From an uncultured Verrucomicrobiae bacterium (GTDB lineage Bacteria > Verrucomicrobiota > Verrucomicrobiia > Chthoniobacterales > UBA10450), in the NCBI GenBank assembly GCA_963834385.1, contig CAWIBO010000002.1, forward strand, positions 544,001 to 608,000: DNA of 64,000 nt, written 5' to 3'. The stretch's first letter is position 1, and each line of letters opens with the position of its first letter. Below, piece by piece: positions 59,196 through 64,000 of the stretch. The notes beneath the pieces are model-generated. The model saw only the letters and a program-made list of their open reading frames with translations. It was not told the origin of the DNA and searched no databases. A program made the position numbers and the translations under genes.

Positions 59196-60676
59196 TATAA
59201 TTCCAGGGGACGATTCTCGAGCGCGCGCCGGGCCACCTGCATATCGTCGAACGGGACGGTGTGGTCGGCGAATTCCTGGTAGTTCTCGTGGCCTTTGCCC
59301 GCGATGAGGACAATGTCGCGCGGCTGGGCCAGGGCAATCGCGCGGGTGATCGCCTCGGTCCGGTCCACCACCTTCTCAAAGCGATCGCTCCGGAAGCCTT
59401 GCGCGACCGCGTCCATGATCGCCTCCGGATTTTCCTTCCGCGGATTGTCGGAGGTGATGATGCTGAAATCAGCGTGCGTATCGGCCACCGCGCCCATAAG
59501 GGGCCGCTTCTGTTTGTCGCGGTCGCCGCCGGCGCCGAAGACGACGAGAAGACGGCGCGGCGCCAGCTCGCGCAGCGTTTTCAGGACATTGAGCAGGGCG
59601 TCATCGGTGTGGGCGTAATCAACGAAGACCTGGAACTGCCGGCGCGCCGGCACCATCTCGAGGCGGCCCGGTACCTGCGGCGATTTGCCAAGGCTGAGGA
59701 CCGCGTCGCGCACGTTGATGCCGAGCGCGCTCGCCGCCGCCAGCGCGGCCATGGAGTTGGCCACGTTAAAGCGCCCGATCAACGGCACGCGCACCAGGAA
59801 ATTGCGGCCGCGGGCATCGAGCTGGTAGGAGGTGCCGCCGAATTCCATGCGATAACTGGAGGCGCGAAAATCGGCGTGGACGCCCAGGCCGTAGGTGATC
59901 ACGGGAATGTTCTCGCCCTTGAGCCGGCGCACGAGCTGTTCCCCGTAGCGGTCGTCGAGGTTGACCACCGCGGCGGTTTTCTTCTTCAGGGTTTGCCGGC
60001 CGAGCGAAAGAAAGAGGCTGGCCTTGGCCTCGAAATATTTCTCCATCGAGCCATGAAAATCGAGATGGTCCTGGGTCAGGTTGGTGAAGATGGCCACGTC
60101 CCACTCGAGGCCGCGGACGCGATCCTGGGCGAGGGCATGGGAGGAAACCTCCATCGCCACCGCCTTGCAGCCGGCGTTGACCATCTGCGAGAGGAGTTCC
60201 TGCAGCTCGAGGGATTCCGGGGTCGTGCGAACGGCCGGGAGAAGGCGGTCGCCCACCTCGTAACGCACCGTTCCGATGAGCCCGCAGCGGAGCCCGGCTT
60301 CCGTGCAAATGTGCTTGAGGAGAAAGGTGGTGGTGGTCTTGCCGTTGGTCCCGGTGACCGCCGCCATCTTGAGGCGCTTGACCGGGAGCCGGTAAAAGCG
60401 ACCGGACAGGTCGGCCAGGGCCGCGCGGGTGTCGTCGACGACGATGCAGGTGGCGCGGGCGCGGGGTTCGGGGCGGGTGGTGACAATCACCGAGGCGCCC
60501 TTTTCGACGGCCTGCTCGATGAACTGGTGGCCGTCGGTTTTCTCGCCAGACAAGGCAACGAAGAGGGCGTTCCTCTGCACTCGCCGCGAGTCATACGCGA
60601 TGCTTTCCACTTCGCGATCAAGCGGGCCGAGGACTTCGCGAGGTGTGATGGCAGGAAGGAGGCTTTTAAGTTGCAT
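59195..60676 (-). CDS. murE: UDP-MurNAc-L-Ala-D-Glu:meso-DAP ligase
   Basis: TGTNGKTTT, MEVSSH, TNL.QDHLD, VDYAHT, DNPR (DAP-specific), AGKGHE. Confidence 0.96.
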   Translation of the reverse strand: MQLKSLLPAITPREVLGPLDREVESIAYDSRRVQRNALFVALSGEKTDGHQFIEQAVEKGASVIVTTRPEPRARATCIVVDDTRAALADLSGRFYRLPVKRLKMAAVTGTNGKTTTTFLLKHICTEAGLRCGLIGTVRYEVGDRLLPAVRTTPESLELQELLSQMVNAGCKAVAMEVSSHALAQDRVRGLEWDVAIFTNLTQDHLDFHGSMEKYFEAKASLFLSLGRQTLKKKTAAVVNLDDRYGEQLVRRLKGENIPVITYGLGVHADFRASSYRMEFGGTSYQLDARGRNFLVRVPLIGRFNVANSMAALAAASALGINVRDAVLSLGKSPQVPGRLEMVPARRQFQVFVDYAHTDDALLNVLKTLRELAPRRLLVVFGAGGDRDKQKRPLMGAVADTHADFSIITSDNPRKENPEAIMDAVAQGFRSDRFEKVVDRTEAITRAIALAQPRDIVLIAGKGHENYQEFADHTVPFDDMQVARRALENRPLEL

Positions 60677-60710
60677 GGGGCGGAAAATGAAGCGGGCGGG
60701 CGCAAAGGGC

Positions 60711-62468
60711 TCAACGCTGTTCCGTAGCTGAGGCCACTCGTGCTGTCATCTGTTTGGCCAGCAATTGCTCGTCGGGTTCAAGGTCAAGGTAGCGGGCCGC
60801 TTTCTCCGCGATCCGGGCAAAGATCGGCGCCGCCACCGTGCCGCCATAATTCAACTCGGGTTTGTCGGTTTTGGCGTCGTCCAGCACCACCAGGGCGACG
60901 ATTTCCGGACGATTGGCCGGCATGAAACCGGAGAACGAAACAATGTATTTGCCCGGCACGTAGCCCCCTTTCCCCGCCTTTTGCGCCGTGCCGGTCTTGC
61001 CCGCGACAAGAAACCCGGGCACCATCGCCTCCTGGGCCGTGCCCCGGGTGCTGACGACGTCGCGCAGGGCGAGGTTGATCTCGCGCGCGGTCTGTTCCGT
61101 GATCACCTGGCGCAGTTCGGTCGGTTTGAATTCGCTCACGACCTTGCCCTCATTGTCGGTGATCGACTTGACCAGCCGGGGGGTCATCAGCTTTCCGCCA
61201 TTGGCAATGGCCGCCATCGCCACCGTCATCTGCAGCGGGGTCACCCCCACCTCGTGGCCCATCGGGATGCGCGTGATCGAGATCTTGCTCCAGCTTTGCG
61301 GCGGACGCACGATTCCCTGGATCTCGCCGGGAAGCTCGATCCCGGTCCGTTCGCCGAAGCCGAAGCGGCGGATGTATTCGTAAAACTTCTGTTCGCCCAC
61401 GGTCAGGGCCAGCTTGGCCGCCCCGATGTTGCTCGACTTGATCAGGACGTCGCGCACGCTCAGGGACCCGTAGCCATGGTGATCGTGCAGGGCGCGCCCG
61501 CCATAGAGCCAGCGGCCGTTTTCGCAGAAGATATAGTTGTCGGGCCGGACCTTGCGCTCGTTCAGGGCCGCCGCCGCGGTCACGATCTTGAAGGTGGAAC
61601 CCGGTTCCATCATGTCGATGATGGCCCGGTTCTTTTTCTGCTCGGGCTTTGCGGTGGACCGCTTGTTCAGATCGTAATGCGGCCGGTTGGCCATGGCCAG
61701 GATCTCCCCGGTCTGCGGGCGCATCAGAATGATGGTTGCTTTCTCCGGGCGATACTGGCGCACGGCGGCGTCGATCTCGTTCTCCACGATGTTCTGGAGA
61801 TTGAGATCGATCGTGAGCTGCACCTTGTAGCCGTGGCGCGGCGCCCGTTCCTGTCCGCGGTAAAGGACAATTTCCTGCCCGGCCCGGTTATGCTCGATGA
61901 AGCGGTAACCATCGTGCCCGTGCAGGTACTGCTCCATGGAGGCTTCCACCCCCTGGATGCCGCGATGATGAAAGTCGGTGAACCCGATGGTGTGGCAAAG
62001 CATGGAGCCGTTCGGGTAAACACGGGTGGAATCCCGCTCGAAGTAGATGCCGCGCAGGTTTCGCTCGCGCAGTTTTTGCCGCAACGCCGTCGCCACCGCC
62101 TGCGGCACTTCGCGCTGCAGGACGATGTAGCGCCGGTCGGTCCGGAATTTTTCCGCCACTTCCGCGGCCGGCAATTCGAGGGCTTCGCTCACGAGGGCGG
62201 CCACGGCCGGGGCATCGTTGATGTGGGTGGCGTCCGCCACCACCGTGGCCCCCGGCACGTTGTGCGCGAGCACCTCGTTGTTCGCGTCCACGATCGCGCC
62301 GCGGTCGGCATAGATCGTCTGCTTGTAGACGTGTTTCTCCGCCGCCCGCCCGGCAAATTCCTCGTGTTTAACGAGCTGGAGATAAACCAGGCGGAAGGAG
62401 AAAAGGCTGAAGAGCGCCGTGAAGGCGAGGCAAACCAGGGCGCAACGTGTCCGGCCGTTCCATTTCAT
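60711..62468 (-). CDS. ftsI: Class B penicillin-binding protein (PBP3/FtsI)
   Basis: RG.IVD, STFK, SSN, KTG motifs; dcw position. Confidence 0.92.
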   Translation of the reverse strand: MKWNGRTRCALVCLAFTALFSLFSFRLVYLQLVKHEEFAGRAAEKHVYKQTIYADRGAIVDANNEVLAHNVPGATVVADATHINDAPAVAALVSEALELPAAEVAEKFRTDRRYIVLQREVPQAVATALRQKLRERNLRGIYFERDSTRVYPNGSMLCHTIGFTDFHHRGIQGVEASMEQYLHGHDGYRFIEHNRAGQEIVLYRGQERAPRHGYKVQLTIDLNLQNIVENEIDAAVRQYRPEKATIILMRPQTGEILAMANRPHYDLNKRSTAKPEQKKNRAIIDMMEPGSTFKIVTAAAALNERKVRPDNYIFCENGRWLYGGRALHDHHGYGSLSVRDVLIKSSNIGAAKLALTVGEQKFYEYIRRFGFGERTGIELPGEIQGIVRPPQSWSKISITRIPMGHEVGVTPLQMTVAMAAIANGGKLMTPRLVKSITDNEGKVVSEFKPTELRQVITEQTAREINLALRDVVSTRGTAQEAMVPGFLVAGKTGTAQKAGKGGYVPGKYIVSFSGFMPANRPEIVALVVLDDAKTDKPELNYGGTVAAPIFARIAEKAARYLDLEPDEQLLAKQMTARVASATEQR

Positions 62469-62833
62469 CGTCCAGGTCGCTGGTTGGCCACGGGTTGAAT
62501 TTCATCCTCGCCCGCGCCCTGCATTTTCGGGCCAAGCCGGACAATGCTCGACTCCGGAATCGGCACCATCTTGAGGTAACCCTCCTTCAGCCGCCGCTGC
62601 AGGGCGGAACGGGAGGTCAGGGCCGCGATCTGCACGCTGGCGACGTCGTTCTGGCTGCGCAGGCTGGCCAGTTCGTTTTCCAGGGCCTTCTTCTGGTCGC
62701 CCAGCCCGTAAAGCTGCACGGTCAGGTAGACATAGACCAGGCCGGTCATGGCCAGGAAGGCGGTGATCAGGACCCAGCGGACAAGGGCGGCGGCGTCCAT
62801 GCTGTTGACGGGCTGGCGGCGGCTTCGGCTCAT
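62465..62833 (-). CDS. ftsL: FtsL-like cell division protein
   Basis: Single TM + coiled coil; between rsmH and ftsI. Confidence 0.7.
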   Translation of the reverse strand: MSRSRRQPVNSMDAAALVRWVLITAFLAMTGLVYVYLTVQLYGLGDQKKALENELASLRSQNDVASVQIAALTSRSALQRRLKEGYLKMVPIPESSIVRLGPKMQGAGEDEIQPVANQRPGR

Positions 62834-63831
62834 CGGATTTTCTCCGCCACCCGCAGGCGGGCGCTCCGCGCCCGGGGATTCTGGCGCTGTTCCTGTTCAC
62901 CCGGCTCCACCGGCTTGCCTGTGACCAGGCGCACCCGGTAGTCGGGATTTGGCTGCGGCTCGGGCCACTCCGGCCGGTCCAAAAATTCGCGGCTGCGATC
63001 GCGCAGGAAATTTTTCACCAGTCGATCCTCCAGCGAATGAAAGGAGATGACCGCGATGCGGCCCCCGATCTCGAGGCGTTCCAGCAGCACTTCCAGGCCG
63101 GTGCGCAGCGCGCCCAGCTCGTCGTTCACTTCCATGCGCAGCGCCTGAAAAACCTGCGTCGCCGGATGCCGCCGCCCATGCCGCCAGACAATCTTCTCCA
63201 CCGCCTTGGCCAGTTGCACGGTCTCGCGGAACGGCGCCGCCTTGCGCAGCTTCACCAACTGGCTGGCAATGCGCCGGGCCGCCGGTTCCTCGCCATACTC
63301 ACGCAGCACGCGCGTCAGCTCCTCCTCGCTGTAGCCATTGACGATGTCGGCGGCGCTCAGGTCGGCGCGCGGATCCATCCGCATGTCGAGCGGCCCGTTG
63401 CGCATGATGCTGAAGCCCCGGTCCGCGTTTTCGAGCTGGCGCGAGGAAACCCCGAGATCAAGGAGGACACCATCCACCCGGGCCAGGCCGAGTTCGTCCA
63501 GCACCGTGTCGGCCTCCTTGAAATTGGCCTGCCGCAGGGTCACGCGGCGGCCGAACTCCTCCAGGCGTTCCGCGGCAAAGGCAATGGCGTCGGGATCCTG
63601 GTCGAGCGCGACCACGTCGGCCCCGGTGCGCAGGATCGCCTCGGTGTGACCGCCGCCGCCGAGCGTGCCGTCGAGGATGACCGAGCCCGGCCGCGGCGCC
63701 AGCAGCTCGATCGCCTCGTGCACCAAAACCGGTCGGTGATAAATGAAATCTTCCACTTCGGCAGGCGTCTCCTCGATTTCCAGCGGACCGGTCGCGAACC
63801 AGACCGGCCGTTCCCATAGTAAAGCGTTCAT
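62830..63831 (-). CDS. rsmH: 16S rRNA m4C1402 methyltransferase
   Basis: H.PVL, DGTLGGGGH, DLGVSS.QL, LDMRMD, FQALR..VN.EL, SFHSLEDR, NPRARSA. Confidence 0.97.
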   Translation of the reverse strand: MNALLWERPVWFATGPLEIEETPAEVEDFIYHRPVLVHEAIELLAPRPGSVILDGTLGGGGHTEAILRTGADVVALDQDPDAIAFAAERLEEFGRRVTLRQANFKEADTVLDELGLARVDGVLLDLGVSSRQLENADRGFSIMRNGPLDMRMDPRADLSAADIVNGYSEEELTRVLREYGEEPAARRIASQLVKLRKAAPFRETVQLAKAVEKIVWRHGRRHPATQVFQALRMEVNDELGALRTGLEVLLERLEIGGRIAVISFHSLEDRLVKNFLRDRSREFLDRPEWPEPQPNPDYRVRLVTGKPVEPGEQEQRQNPRARSARLRVAEKIR

Positions 63832-63843
63832 GGCCGCGGTCTG

Positions 63844-64000
63844 CTAGAGGCCCACCAGGTTGGCAACATGCCGGTAGGTCGCGGTCTCCTCCTCCGCCGC
63901 TCGTTTCCAGCGCGTCAGGTTCCAGATTTCAAAACGTCCGCGGCCGCCGATGAGGGCGACCTCCCCCTTGAGATTGAGTTTGCGGCAAAGATCCTCCGGC
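63844..64000 (-). CDS. mraZ: MraZ, 3-prime end only (truncated by window edge)
   Basis: Manual translation PEDLCRKLNLKGEVALIGGRGRFEIWNLTRW...VGL*; directly upstream of rsmH. Confidence 0.85.
   Translation of the reverse strand, partial: PEDLCRKLNLKGEVALIGGRGRFEIWNLTRWKRAAEEETATYRHVANLVGL

Noticed and set aside
59261..62498. Long antisense ORFs (e.g. 59261..60727, 60765..62498, 24458..26305)
   Set aside because: Shadow frames of well-supported genes, expected at high GC; no motifs

Overview
GC-rich bacterial chromosomal DNA, most likely Verrucomicrobia (Spartobacteria/Chthoniobacterales-like). This placement is inferred from a MurC-MurB fusion, a LysM gene between murD and ftsW, and a TGTTC-N4-GAACA SOS box. 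In order, the window holds: tRNA-Lys, an outer-membrane barrel, an ABC exporter operon, maf, tRNA-Gly, a Wzy-type polysaccharide export locus, pgsA and gnd. Next come an atypical damage-inducible operon (repeat protein, short ImuB, DnaE2), a DinG-family helicase, a ~3.7 kb AT-richer cassette island, lptF/G, dusB and tandem amidases. The remainder holds peptidases, a PadR/ADOP pair, a family-B DNA polymerase and a near-complete dcw cluster (mraZ to ftsZ). Four features stand out. (1) At 26.3-30.0 kb, an array of small co-oriented genes is interleaved with decayed Rhs/YD-core stubs and bounded by three copies of a ~150-bp composite repeat. (2) A LexA-box-headed operon carries a membrane-anchored 16x32-aa repeat protein where imuA is expected, followed by an ImuB lacking its N-terminal core. 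(3) A 123-bp GTAG-REP doublet is inserted in frame in dnaE2. (4) The PolB appears to have lost its proofreading motifs. Several single-base frameshifts (wzc, repeat protein, ftsQ tail, murB, LysM) are probably sequencing errors. All family assignments come from motif recognition by eye, with no database searches.
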